DNA of 64,000 nt, taken from contig CAWHEU010000026.1 of the NCBI GenBank assembly GCA_963828465.1, positions 43,589 to 107,588 on the forward strand, read 5' to 3'. The notes below the pieces were generated by a model. It saw only the letters and a program-made list of their open reading frames with translations. It had not been told where the DNA came from and made no database searches. This stretch comes from an uncultured Acidobacteriota bacterium (GTDB lineage Bacteria; Actinomycetota; Acidimicrobiia; Spongiisociales; ZC4RG35). A program made the position numbers and the translations under genes. Shown piece by piece: positions 29,412 through 39,238 of the stretch (position 1 is its first letter; each line of letters starts with the position of its first letter).

Positions 29412-30383
29412 TTGGACATTGTCTCCCGCAACCGAATGATGCTCTTCACCGGGGGGGCCAACATCCCTTTGGCCGAGGAGGTCGCCGAGGTCCTGGGTGT
29501 CTCCCTGGGCGAGCTCGAGCGTTCCCATTTCGCCAACGGCGAGATCTACGTGAGGCCGGCGGAGAGCGTCCGCGGGGCGGACTGCTACGTGATGCAGAGT
29601 CACTCTGAGCCGATCAACGACAACATCATGGAGCAGCTGATAACGATCGACGCCCTCAACCGGGCGTCGGCGCGCCGGATCACCGCGGTCATGCCGTTCT
29701 TCGGCTATTCGAGACAGGACAAGAAGGTGAGGCCGCGGGAGCCCATCACCGCCCGACTCGTCGGCGACCTCTTCATGACCGCCGGGGCCGACCGTCTCGT
29801 TTCCGTCGATCTGCACACGGGACAGCTTCAGGGCTTCATCCACAAGCCGTTCGACTCTCTGACTGCCCTCCCCATCATCACCGACTACCTGTCACAAAAA
29901 CTCAACGGGCAGACGACGGTGGTCTCGCCTGATGCGGGCGGCGTGAAACGCGCCGAGCGCTACGCCCGTTTCCTCGACGCGTCGGTGGCCTTCGTCTACA
30001 AACGCCGCGACCCCGTCCTCCACAACGTCTCTGAGGCTCTCGAGCTGGCGGGGTCGGTCGATGGCCGGCACGTCGTCATCGTCGACGACATCATCGACAC
30101 GGCGGGCACTGTCACCAACGCTGCGGAGATGGTGCGCGACCAGGGAGCGCTCAGTGTTCGAATCGCCGCTACCCACGGCGTCTTCTCGGAGCCGGCGCTC
30201 GACCTCCTCAAAAACGCTCCGGTCGAAGAGGTCATAGTCACGAACACGCTCCCGGTGGCCCCGGAGGTGCTCGAGCTGGACAAGCTCCAGGTGCTCTCGA
30301 TAGCGCCGATCCTGGCCGAGACACTCCAGGCGATCTTCATGGACTCATCGGTATCGGAGATCTTCCTCGGCGAGAACGCCTGA
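29412..30383 (+). CDS. prs: Ribose-phosphate pyrophosphokinase
   Basis: FANGE, YSRQDKK, VDLH, SPDAGG, VDDIIDTAGT; TTG start 29412. Confidence 0.96.
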   Translation: MDIVSRNRMMLFTGGANIPLAEEVAEVLGVSLGELERSHFANGEIYVRPAESVRGADCYVMQSHSEPINDNIMEQLITIDALNRASARRITAVMPFFGYSRQDKKVRPREPITARLVGDLFMTAGADRLVSVDLHTGQLQGFIHKPFDSLTALPIITDYLSQKLNGQTTVVSPDAGGVKRAERYARFLDASVAFVYKRRDPVLHNVSEALELAGSVDGRHVVIVDDIIDTAGTVTNAAEMVRDQGALSVRIAATHGVFSEPALDLLKNAPVEEVIVTNTLPVAPEVLELDKLQVLSIAPILAETLQAIFMDSSVSEIFLGENA

Positions 30384-30423
30384 CAGGAACGAGTCGGGCC
30401 CTGCTTCCTAGACTCCCGCCGTC

Positions 30424-31758
30424 GTGACCGCTCGCCATAGCCAACCCGCATCGACAGCCCAGGCCAGGCTCCGCGCTCTCGTCATCGCCTTGGTCGCCAT
30501 CTTCGTCATCGCTTTCTTTTTTCTCCGGGGGGAGGGCGAAGGCGCCGGTCCCGCGGGCACCGAAGCACCGGTCGCCGGCGCCACGACCACCACGACACCA
30601 CCCGGCACCGGGTCGACGACGCCGGGGGGATCGGTAACCACGGTCCCCGGCGGACCGACCACCACCGGGAGCAACCTGCCCGCTCTGCAAGGTGTGAGCC
30701 TGGAGACGCTCACCGGTGACGTCAGGCAACCAACCGCCATCACCACTCCCCCGGGAGACGATCGCCTCTTCATCGTGGAGCGATTCGGCGTGATCCTCAT
30801 GATGGATGCCAACCGCGAGCTGCAGGAGACTGCGTTCCTCGATCTCACCGACCGGGTCCTCGCCGGCGGCATCGAGCAGGGTCTGCTCGGTCTCGCCTTC
30901 CACCCCGACTACGCCAACAACGGAAGGTTCTACGTCTATTACACCGACCAGGGGGGCCGGCGTCAGCTCTCCGAGTTCCAGGTCTCGGTGTCCGATCCGA
31001 ACATTGCCTCACCCGATACCGAGAGGGTGCTGATCGAACTGGAGCAGCCACCGGACGCGACGGACATCCGTCACTACGCCGGCAACCTCGCATTCGGCCC
31101 AGACGGCTATCTGTACGTGTCGATGGGCGACGGCGCCGACTCCAGGGACCAGGGACAGGACCCGAACACCATGTTCGGCGCTGTCTCCCGCATCGACGTC
31201 GACGGCGGCGACCCGTATGGGATCCCGCCAGAGAATCCCTTCGTCGAAGAGGGCGGGGCGGGCGAGGTGTGGGCCTACGGCCTCAGGAACCCGTGGCGGT
31301 TCTCCATAGATCCCGTGGACGGTCTCATCTATATCGCCGATGTGGGACACGCCGACCAGGAGGAGATCAACGTCCTCCCCATCGCCGAGGGCGGGTTCAA
31401 CTTGGGTTGGTCGGACGTCGAGGGGACCCGATGCTTCCATGTCCAGGACTGCGACCTGGCCAACTACACCTCCCCGGTGCTCACCTATAGCCATGAAGAG
31501 GGGTGCTCGATCACCGGCGGGTACGTCTATCGAGGGGCGGCGATCCCCGAGCTCACCGGGACGTATTTCTACAGCGACTGGTGCTCGGAATGGATCCGCT
31601 CGTTCAAGTATGTCGGTGGCCAGCTCACCGAAGAGCGGGACTGGACGGAGGACCTGGGCACGCTCGGACAGGTCAACACCTTCGGTGTCGACTCCGCAGG
31701 CGAGCTCTACCTCGGGACCCACGAGGGACTTATCGCCCGGTTCGTGGCCGACCGCTAG
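30424..31758 (+). CDS. PQQ-dependent sugar dehydrogenase (GSDH family), membrane-anchored
   Basis: GLLGLAFHP, FGPDGYLY, YGLRNPWR, SITGGYVYRG. Confidence 0.88.
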   Translation: MTARHSQPASTAQARLRALVIALVAIFVIAFFFLRGEGEGAGPAGTEAPVAGATTTTTPPGTGSTTPGGSVTTVPGGPTTTGSNLPALQGVSLETLTGDVRQPTAITTPPGDDRLFIVERFGVILMMDANRELQETAFLDLTDRVLAGGIEQGLLGLAFHPDYANNGRFYVYYTDQGGRRQLSEFQVSVSDPNIASPDTERVLIELEQPPDATDIRHYAGNLAFGPDGYLYVSMGDGADSRDQGQDPNTMFGAVSRIDVDGGDPYGIPPENPFVEEGGAGEVWAYGLRNPWRFSIDPVDGLIYIADVGHADQEEINVLPIAEGGFNLGWSDVEGTRCFHVQDCDLANYTSPVLTYSHEEGCSITGGYVYRGAAIPELTGTYFYSDWCSEWIRSFKYVGGQLTEERDWTEDLGTLGQVNTFGVDSAGELYLGTHEGLIARFVADR

Positions 31759-32090
31759 CCGACCTGGGGGAGCTCTATCACCTCACCAGGAAAGATGAGG
31801 TCCGGATCGCCGGAAGTGAGCGAGGCCCGGTTCGTCTCGATCACGACTCGCCAATAGGGATCGATCTCCTCAGGTTCGGCGGGACGGTCGAGGATCCCTT
31901 CGAGGTGTGTGGCGCTGATCTTCCACAGATGGTCCCCGGGCTGAACGACGACGGACCCGATACGAGCCGGGCCTTCGCCGAGGGACACCGGCACGAACGT
32001 GGGGGTCCCTGCCGGCTCGGCGACCGCAGCCGAGCCAATCATGATCAGCACGGTGGCGAAAGTGAGTCGCTTCCCCCATGCCATACCCAC
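31755..32090 (-). CDS. Small secreted LysM-domain protein
   Basis: Signal peptide; VVQPGDHLWKIS...DPDLIFPGEVIELP. Confidence 0.8.
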   Translation of the reverse strand: MGMAWGKRLTFATVLIMIGSAAVAEPAGTPTFVPVSLGEGPARIGSVVVQPGDHLWKISATHLEGILDRPAEPEEIDPYWRVVIETNRASLTSGDPDLIFPGEVIELPQVG

Positions 32091-32138
32091 TGATTACGAC
32101 ATGGGGAGAGCGTCGAGAAGAGGGTTACAGTGCCGAAC

Positions 32139-32366
32139 ATGAAAGTTCGCATCGGGATCGCCGACACGGGCAAGGTCGTGGAGATCGAAGTCGAAGACGT
32201 GGAGGCGTTTCAGTCGGAGGTGGAGCGAGCGGTAGCCGACGGGGGCCTGGCCTGGTTCATCGACACCAAAGGCCGGACCGTGGGGGTTCCCGCCCAGTCG
32301 ATTTCATTCGTCGAGATCGAGGCCGTCGAGGGCGGACCTTCCGTCGGTTTCGCCCCGGCTGTCTAG
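32139..32366 (+). CDS. DUF3107 domain protein
   Basis: MKVRIGI...WFIDTKGRTVGVP...ISFVEI...VGF pattern of actinobacterial DUF3107. Confidence 0.8.
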   Translation: MKVRIGIADTGKVVEIEVEDVEAFQSEVERAVADGGLAWFIDTKGRTVGVPAQSISFVEIEAVEGGPSVGFAPAV

Positions 32367-32644
32367 ACGGCGCGTCTGCGTCGTTCGGCGAGCCAGCGCT
32401 TGCGTAGGCGTCTGCGGTCGTCTTCGGCGTAACCGCCCCAGACGCCGGACTCCTGATTGGTCTCGAGGGCGTACTGGAGGCAACTCTCCTGGACGGGGCA
32501 AGTCATGCAGATGGCGATGGCGGCCTCGATCTGGTCAATTGCCGGTCCGGTGGTGCCGACCGGGAAGAACAGAGTCGGCTCCGAATCCCGGCAATCTGCG
32601 AGATCCCGCCAGTCTGTAGTGATGGTGGTTGTGGTGGTGAGCAA
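32363..32644 (-). CDS. whiB1: WhiB family Fe-S transcriptional regulator (WhiB1-like)
   Basis: DWR..A.C, LFFPVGTTGPA, CxxCPV..C, GVWGG. Confidence 0.9.
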   Translation of the reverse strand: MLTTTTTITTDWRDLADCRDSEPTLFFPVGTTGPAIDQIEAAIAICMTCPVQESCLQYALETNQESGVWGGYAEDDRRRLRKRWLAERRRRAV

Positions 32645-32658
32645 GATGTTCCTCAGTT

Positions 32659-32674
32659 TGTGATCTTTTTCACA
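32659..32674. promoter_or_regulatory. CRP/GlxR-type binding site upstream of whiB1
   Basis: Perfect TGTGA-TCTTTT-TCACA. Confidence 0.75.
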
Positions 32675-32776
32675 AGCGTTCCGTGAGAAGTGAAGTCCTT
32701 GGGAACGGTGGTTTTCCGAGGGCGAACGATACTGTCACTTTCTCCGCCTGTAAATGGTTTTCTTCGAAGGAGCCAG

Positions 32777-33472
32777 TTGAGCGACCAACCGGTGGTGATC
32801 GGCCACAGGGGCTGGCCGAGCCGATTCCCCGACAACACACTCGCCGGCTTTCTCGCCGCCGCCTCCGTTGCGAATGCGGTGGAGACCGATGTCCGGCGCA
32901 GCAGCGACGGAAAGCTCGTCCTCTCCCATGACCCAGAATTGGGTGGCCTCGGCGTCTCCGACCACCCCTGGTCGGTCCTTGGCGAGCTCGATCTGGGTGA
33001 CGGCCACCGGCCGGCACTTCTCGACGAGGCGATCGCAGCGATCCCGGGTACGTTCTTCCAGTTCGAGATCAAGAACATGCCCCACGAACCCGGTTTCGAG
33101 CCTGATCACCGTCTCGCATTGGAGGCGGCGGAACGTGCTCGGCCGGGGGACATCGTGACCTCGTTCAACTGGGAGACCCTCGCCGCCGTCCGCCGGGTAT
33201 TCCCCGATGTGGCGACCGGTGTCCTCATCGGCGGCCGAGGCGATATCGACATCGCCATCGACGAATGTTTCGACGTCGGGCACCCGGCACTGGTGCCCTC
33301 GGCCTTCCTCCCCACGCTCGGACTGGCCCGGGCTCTCGAGTCGGGTCTCGCCGTCTATCCATGGGTCGTCGACGATCCGGACCGCGTGATCGAGTTGGCC
33401 GGTCTCGGGGTGTCGGGCATCATTACGGACGATCCGGCCGTCGTCGCCTCGGCCCTGCGGAGAGACCCATGA
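32777..33472 (+). CDS. Glycerophosphodiester phosphodiesterase
   Basis: IGHRG, DNT, ETDV, HD, EIK, IITD motifs. Confidence 0.87.
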   Translation: MSDQPVVIGHRGWPSRFPDNTLAGFLAAASVANAVETDVRRSSDGKLVLSHDPELGGLGVSDHPWSVLGELDLGDGHRPALLDEAIAAIPGTFFQFEIKNMPHEPGFEPDHRLALEAAERARPGDIVTSFNWETLAAVRRVFPDVATGVLIGGRGDIDIAIDECFDVGHPALVPSAFLPTLGLARALESGLAVYPWVVDDPDRVIELAGLGVSGIITDDPAVVASALRRDP

Positions 33473-33933
33473 GCATCAGAGAAGAGCTTGCCAGCGAGCT
33501 TCGCGACGCGATGAAGGCCCAGGATGCCCCGCGTCGGGACGTCATTCGCCAGATCGAAACCGAGATCTCGGTGGCGCGGAGCGAGCCAGGCTTCTCCGGG
33601 GAGCTGGACGACGACTTGTACCGGCGGGTGATCGGCGCGTATGTGAAGAAGATGGACAAGACACGCCAGGAGTATCTGGATCTCGGTGAACGGGGGGCAG
33701 CCATGGCTGCCAAGCTGGGTTACGAGGTCGAATATCTGTCGCGCTGGCTTCCCCAGAAGCTGGACGAGGCACAGACGCGGGATCTGGTCAGGAAGACGAT
33801 CCAGGATCTCGGGGTGGCCGGCGACGAGAAGGCGGCGGGGCGGGTGACCGGTCAACTGATGAAAGAGCAAGGCAAGGACCTGGACGGAGGGCTCGTCAAC
33901 CGCCTGGTCCGCGAGGAGATCTCCGCGGGTTGA
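33469..33933 (+). CDS. GatB/YqeY domain protein
   Basis: LRDAMKAQD, EYLSRWLPQKL, DGGLVNRLVRE. Confidence 0.85.
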   Translation: MSIREELASELRDAMKAQDAPRRDVIRQIETEISVARSEPGFSGELDDDLYRRVIGAYVKKMDKTRQEYLDLGERGAAMAAKLGYEVEYLSRWLPQKLDEAQTRDLVRKTIQDLGVAGDEKAAGRVTGQLMKEQGKDLDGGLVNRLVREEISAG

Positions 33934-34874
33934 GGGTCCCCGACATCGAGCCAATGCTGGCGACGAGGGTCGAGGTTCCATTTGACGATCCCGGCTGGTG
34001 GTTCGAGTTGAAATGGGACGGCTATCGGGGCGTATTGGCAGCCGACAATGGGCGGATCCGGGCCCGATCTCGACGGGGGCTCGATCTGACCGGGCCGTTT
34101 CCCGAGCTGTCCACGCTGCCCCTCCCCGATGGGGTGGCAGTCGATGGCGAGGTGGTTGCGTTCGATGAGGACGGAAAGCCCTCCTTCTCCTATCTCCAGC
34201 AGCGCACAGGTTTTGGTGGCCGGGGAACCAAGGCGGACGTCGGGGTCAATTTCGTGGTGTTCGACCTGCTGTATTCGGATGAGAGCCTGCTCGCCCGCCC
34301 CTATGAGGAGAGAGTCGGACGACTGATGGAACTCGCCCTACCTTCACCGATCGTGGTCCCGACGCCGACCCCGGAACACGGGCACGCATTGTTCGAGTTC
34401 GCCAGGACCTCGGACCTCGAGGGCATCGTCGGGAAGCGGCTCGGGTCGCCATATCTGCCAGGTCGACGATCGCCCGACTGGCGGAAAGTATCGGTGCGAC
34501 GCCGGCTGCGGGCGGTGGTGGGCGGGTATCTCCCCGGCGAAGGCGGTCGGGCGTCCACCTTCGGCTCGATCCTGGTCGGTCTCTACGACGATGACGGGCT
34601 TCGCTGGATTGCCGCCGTGGGCTCGGGCTTCGACGACGCCACCCTCGGCGTCTTCGCCACCCATCTCCGCCAGATCGAGCGGCCGACATCCCCATTCCAC
34701 AACAACGTCATCCTTCCCAAGCCGACCAAGCCGGTCTGGGTGGAGCCTGGGATCGTGGTCGATGTGGAATACAAGCAATGGACCCACGACTACCACCTGA
34801 GGGCGCCTGTCTACAAGGGCGTGGAGATGGCGGATCCGTCGTCTGTGACCTGGGCAGAGGAAGGCCCAAGCTGA
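33930..34874 (+). CDS. ligD: ATP-dependent DNA ligase (NHEJ LigD ligase domain, stand-alone)
   Basis: PMLA, ELKWDGYR, DGEVV, FDLL, EGIVGK, WRKV, LRAPVY; convergent with ku. Confidence 0.88.
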   Translation: MRVPDIEPMLATRVEVPFDDPGWWFELKWDGYRGVLAADNGRIRARSRRGLDLTGPFPELSTLPLPDGVAVDGEVVAFDEDGKPSFSYLQQRTGFGGRGTKADVGVNFVVFDLLYSDESLLARPYEERVGRLMELALPSPIVVPTPTPEHGHALFEFARTSDLEGIVGKRLGSPYLPGRRSPDWRKVSVRRRLRAVVGGYLPGEGGRASTFGSILVGLYDDDGLRWIAAVGSGFDDATLGVFATHLRQIERPTSPFHNNVILPKPTKPVWVEPGIVVDVEYKQWTHDYHLRAPVYKGVEMADPSSVTWAEEGPS

Positions 34875-34883
34875 TATCGCCGG

Positions 34884-35681
34884 CTAGCCCGCCTTGGCGG
34901 TCTTCGTCTCTTTGGTCTTGGTGGCCTCGACCGAAGCCTTCAGCGCTTCGAGGAGGTCGACCACCTTGGTCGGCTCGGGAGACACAGTGGCCACGATCTC
35001 CTCGCCGGCCACCTTCTTCGCCGCCAGGCCCTCTATTGCCTCGCGGGTGCTGTCGACATAGTCCTCTGCCTCGAAAGGGCGGGTCAGGTTGTCGATGAGG
35101 GATGCAGCCATCTTGACCTCCTCCGGTCGAATCTCGACTTCGGCGTCGAGCTCTTCGAACTCGGCCTCCCGCAGCTCGTCCGGCCAATACATGGTCTCCA
35201 TGACGATGACACCGTCCTTGGCGCGGAGGGTGGCGAGCTGCTGCTTCTCCCGGATCGAAACCTTGGCGATGGCGACCCGCCCTTTGTCGTCGAGGGCCTG
35301 CTCCAGGATCTTGTAGGCCTTGATCCCGGTCTTCTCCGGCGCCAGGTAGTAGGCGGATTTGTAGAACATCGGGTCGATCTCGGACTCGTCGACGAACTGG
35401 ACCACGTCGACCAGCTTGTTGCCGTCTTGATGTGTCGAGTCGAGCTCGTCGTCGGTGAACACGACGAACCGGTCCTTCTCGAACTCGTAACCCTTCACGA
35501 TGTCATCCCACTCCACTTCCTTGCCGTCGGCTTCGGCGACACGCTTGTAACGGATCGGGGAGTGGTCGGTCTTGCGTAATTGCTTGAACTTCGGTGTCTT
35601 GTTGTCGGTCGCCGTGTAGAGGCCCACGGGAATCGTGACCAGCCCGAAGTTGATGGCGCCCTTCCAAATGGCTCGTGGCAT
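34884..35681 (-). CDS. ku: NHEJ Ku protein
   Basis: MPRAIWKGAINFGLVTIPV, IVKGYE, YYLAP, VVDLLEALKASV. Confidence 0.95.
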   Translation of the reverse strand: MPRAIWKGAINFGLVTIPVGLYTATDNKTPKFKQLRKTDHSPIRYKRVAEADGKEVEWDDIVKGYEFEKDRFVVFTDDELDSTHQDGNKLVDVVQFVDESEIDPMFYKSAYYLAPEKTGIKAYKILEQALDDKGRVAIAKVSIREKQQLATLRAKDGVIVMETMYWPDELREAEFEELDAEVEIRPEEVKMAASLIDNLTRPFEAEDYVDSTREAIEGLAAKKVAGEEIVATVSPEPTKVVDLLEALKASVEATKTKETKTAKAG

Positions 35682-36155
35682 GAACTGAGTTTACGCCGCG
35701 GACCCGGATCGTATGGCGGCGCGCACACGTGTCTAGCGGAGGTGGCAAGTGAGCCTTTCAAATCGAAGCGACACGGTCATCGAGGAGACACTCGACTGGC
35801 GGCCTTCTATCCGCGCTTCGCAGCGCCAGATACCTAACGGGAGCGGGAGGTCGCTCTGATGGTCGTCTGGCACCACGAGGGCGATGAAAGGGGCGTAGCC
35901 CTCGCTTGTGGCCCAGCTCGATGAGGTTTGACGGGGCGTCTCCCAACGTCGGTGAATCCCCAGTGTTCGGTGGTGACTCCTGACTGCGGTGACTGAATGA
36001 TCCCGAGGCGGATTCGACGTTTCATGGCAGGTCACTTCGGGTACCTGGTGTGTCCGATGACCTGACAAGTTCACTCGCTGGCCATCCCGGTGCAGGCAAC
36101 CCGACAACTCGGGATGTGATGGTGGGTAACCACACGAGTAAGGAGGGCGAAACCA

Positions 36156-37712
36156 GTGAGAACGAAGAGATACCGGCGTCTGGTGACTTCGATGGTCGCC
36201 ACCGCGATGGTCGTCTCCGTCGCGGTTCCGGCGATGGCGGCGCCAGAGCCGGAGGGGTTCCTCACCGACAAGGGCGCCTACATCACCCTTGACCCCGGTG
36301 CTCCCAATGGGGCCAAGGTGACTCCGATCGTCTCCGTCGGTGAGACGGTGGACGGCGTCCTTTTCGAGGGCATCCCTGACGGAATCGGGCTTAAGCCGGG
36401 GCCCGACAAGAAGAGCGTTGAGGTGTTCGTCAACCACGAGCAGTCGACCGTCCCCTTCTTCGGCGAGCGCGATTTCCAGGACTCCTCGGTGACGTCCTGG
36501 GTCCTGAGCACCAAGAGCGGGTCAGGTCGTCAGGCCTCGGTGCTGTCCGCCGACGAGCCGATCCCCGACTCCGCCGGCTTCATCCGCTTCTGCTCCGCCT
36601 TCATGGCCGGACCCGCTGAGGGCTTCTCGACGTACACCTTCTTCACAGGTGAGGAGAGCAACGACGCCGGTCTCGCCGTCCCCGCAGGGGCTCCATACGG
36701 GGCGGACGTCTTCCCCGGCGATGGGACCAGGCAGGCCGGCTACACGGTGAGCTTGAACACGGAGACGGGTGAGTTCAGCCAGATCGCCCGGATGGGCCGT
36801 CTCAACCACGAGAACACGGTGGTGGTCCCGGGCGGCTGGAGCGGATTCACCGTGCTGACCACCGACGACACATTCACCGCGCCTTCGTCCCAGCTCTATA
36901 TGTTCCGGGGCGATACCGAAGAGGACGTTCGCGACGGGGACGGCACCTTCTACGCGTTCCGGGTGACCCACGTGAACGGGGTCGCTCTGACCGACCCGGC
37001 CGATGCGTTAAACGGGGCAAACGACTATCTAGACCTGGGGATCGACGACGTTTTCAGTGGCGAATTCATCCCAGTTCCCGACGAGATCGCCGATGGGACG
37101 ACACAGGCCCTCCCCCAGACGGCGTTGGAGGACTGGTCGAACGAGAACAACGTCATGCAGTTCATTCGGCTGGAGGATCTCGCGTACGACAAGAACGACG
37201 CCCGCGTCGTCTACATCGCCGACACCGGCGCCAGCGGGGTCGCCCCCAACCCGGCGACAGGGAGGCTGCACCGGCCCGGGGGCGCGGGTCAGGCCCCAAA
37301 CGGGCGAATCTTCGAATTCGTCTTCAACGCCGACAACCCGCTGGTAGTCGACAGCCTGACGGTGCTCGCAGACGGCGACGCTCCCGGCACCGATGTGTTC
37401 GTCCCTTTCACCAGCCCGGACAACATCGATACCAGCAAGAGGAGCCTGATGGTCCAGGAGGACACCGGGAACGCGCTGATCTGGCAGCACCGGCTGCAGC
37501 AGAGCGACTGGAGGGTGGTGGCCTCGGTCAACGACCCTGGCGGAGAGTCCAGCGGCATCGTGGACTCTTCCGAGTTCTTCGGGCCAGGCAGCTGGCTGCT
37601 CGACGTCCAAGCGCACACGACGGACGTCGACTTCGACACCACGTCGGAGCCCGGCATCCGGATCAAACGGGAGGACGGGCAGCTCATGCTGCTCGAGCTC
37701 CCGGGCTCGTAA
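36156..37712 (+). CDS. Secreted PhoX-like alkaline phosphatase (DUF839)
   Basis: Signal peptide; PDGIG, VNHE, RFCS, GRLNHEN, RLED, PDNI, QED, ESSG motifs. Confidence 0.78.
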   Translation: MRTKRYRRLVTSMVATAMVVSVAVPAMAAPEPEGFLTDKGAYITLDPGAPNGAKVTPIVSVGETVDGVLFEGIPDGIGLKPGPDKKSVEVFVNHEQSTVPFFGERDFQDSSVTSWVLSTKSGSGRQASVLSADEPIPDSAGFIRFCSAFMAGPAEGFSTYTFFTGEESNDAGLAVPAGAPYGADVFPGDGTRQAGYTVSLNTETGEFSQIARMGRLNHENTVVVPGGWSGFTVLTTDDTFTAPSSQLYMFRGDTEEDVRDGDGTFYAFRVTHVNGVALTDPADALNGANDYLDLGIDDVFSGEFIPVPDEIADGTTQALPQTALEDWSNENNVMQFIRLEDLAYDKNDARVVYIADTGASGVAPNPATGRLHRPGGAGQAPNGRIFEFVFNADNPLVVDSLTVLADGDAPGTDVFVPFTSPDNIDTSKRSLMVQEDTGNALIWQHRLQQSDWRVVASVNDPGGESSGIVDSSEFFGPGSWLLDVQAHTTDVDFDTTSEPGIRIKREDGQLMLLELPGS

Positions 37713-37722
37713 CGACCAACCC

Positions 37723-37760
37723 GAGGTTTGAGACGCTCCCTGGCGGGCGTCTCAAACCTC
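37723..37760. terminator. Strong intergenic hairpin (14-bp perfect stem)
   Basis: GAGGTTTGAGACGC / GCGTCTCAAACCTC; no U-tract, so it may instead be an mRNA stability element. Confidence 0.55.
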
Positions 37761-37782
37761 TTCAAACCTCGTGGAGACCGAC

Positions 37783-39057
37783 ATGAGCAATCGACATCGG
37801 CGACACATCCTGGCCCTCGCTGTACTCCTAGCGGTCATGGCGGCCACACTCCCGGCCATGGCCGGCAACTCAGAGCGGGAGGTCCGCTTCGCCACCTTCA
37901 ACGCCTCGCTCAACCGGGCCACCGATGGTGAGCTGATCAGCGACCTCACGACGACCGCCGACATCCAGGCCCAGGCCGTGGCAGAGATCATCCAGCGCAC
38001 CCGGCCCGACGTGTTGTTGATCAACGAGTTCGATTTCGACGATGGCGATGTCGCCGTCGACCTGTTCCAGGAGAACTATCTGTCGATGGGACAGAACGGG
38101 GCCGACCCGATCGACTATCCCCACCGCATGGGGTTCTCCTCGAACACCGGGATTTTGTCCGGTTTCGATCTCAACAACGACGGAATCACGGCGGCGCCGG
38201 GCGACATCGGCACACCGAGCTATGCCAACGACTCCTGGGGCTTTGGCCTTTTCCCCGGCCAGTTCGCCTTCGCCGTCTACTCGATGTACCCGATCGCCGA
38301 AGAGGACATCCGGACCTTCCAGCACTTCCTGTGGCAGGACATGCCCGGCGCACTGCTCCCCGTCGACCCGGGTACCGGGGAGTCTTTCTACTCCGAGGAG
38401 ATCCTCGCCCAGCTCCGGCTGTCATCGAAGAACCACGTTGACGTGCCGATAGAGGTCGGCGCCAAGACGGTCCACTTCCTGGTCAGTCATCCCACGCCTC
38501 CGGTCTTCGATGGCCCGGAGGATCGAAACGGGACCCGGAACCATGACGAGATCCGGTTTTGGGCCGACTACGTGGGACCGGGCGGGGACCGAGGCAGCTA
38601 CATCTACGACGACGAGGGAAACACCGGCGGCCTCGAGCCGGGCAGTCTGTTCGTGATCGCCGGAGACCAGAACTCCGATCCATTCGACGGCGACAGCGTT
38701 TCCGGTTCCGCCCAGCTTCTGCTCGAGCATCCTCGGGTCAATGCCAAGACGACACCCACAAGCCAAGGTGGGGTCGACCGGTCAGCGGCACAGCCCGGCA
38801 ATGAGACCCACGTCGGTGACCCGGCGCACGACACGGCGGACTTCTCCGAGCCTCCGTTCGGACCGGGGAACCTCCGTGCCGACTACGTGCTGCCCAGCAA
38901 GAGCCTCCAGATCCAGGACACCGCGATCTTCTGGCCCGCCGACGACGACCCGCTGAATCGGCTCACTGGCACTGGAATCTTCGGCGACCCGGTGCCTAGT
39001 TCCGACCACCGGCTGGTGTGGGTCGATGTCAGTCACGGGGGGTTCCCCAAGGGCTAG
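37783..39057 (+). CDS. Secreted endonuclease/exonuclease/phosphatase family protein
   Basis: RFATFNASL, INEFD, RLSSK, HPTPPVFDG, GDQNSD, LRADYVLP, SDHRLVW. Confidence 0.87.
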   Translation: MSNRHRRHILALAVLLAVMAATLPAMAGNSEREVRFATFNASLNRATDGELISDLTTTADIQAQAVAEIIQRTRPDVLLINEFDFDDGDVAVDLFQENYLSMGQNGADPIDYPHRMGFSSNTGILSGFDLNNDGITAAPGDIGTPSYANDSWGFGLFPGQFAFAVYSMYPIAEEDIRTFQHFLWQDMPGALLPVDPGTGESFYSEEILAQLRLSSKNHVDVPIEVGAKTVHFLVSHPTPPVFDGPEDRNGTRNHDEIRFWADYVGPGGDRGSYIYDDEGNTGGLEPGSLFVIAGDQNSDPFDGDSVSGSAQLLLEHPRVNAKTTPTSQGGVDRSAAQPGNETHVGDPAHDTADFSEPPFGPGNLRADYVLPSKSLQIQDTAIFWPADDDPLNRLTGTGIFGDPVPSSDHRLVWVDVSHGGFPKG

Positions 39058-39238
39058 GTGGGCAGGCTGGAAGCTGTAGCGGCGGAGACGTGTCGATGAC
39101 CCGGCTGGCAAGGGAGCCGCTGCCACGATCTGCTGGTGCGGGTGTGGCCGACATACCAGTAGGACGTCTCAACCAACCAAGATGTGACCAGCGAGGAGTG
39201 GGTGCGTTCACTCTCGTGACTCCCCTGCGTGTTAGGTG

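Noticed and set aside
33930-35681. ku-ligD pair as a novel system
   Set aside because: Standard bacterial NHEJ genes; a ligase-only LigD is known
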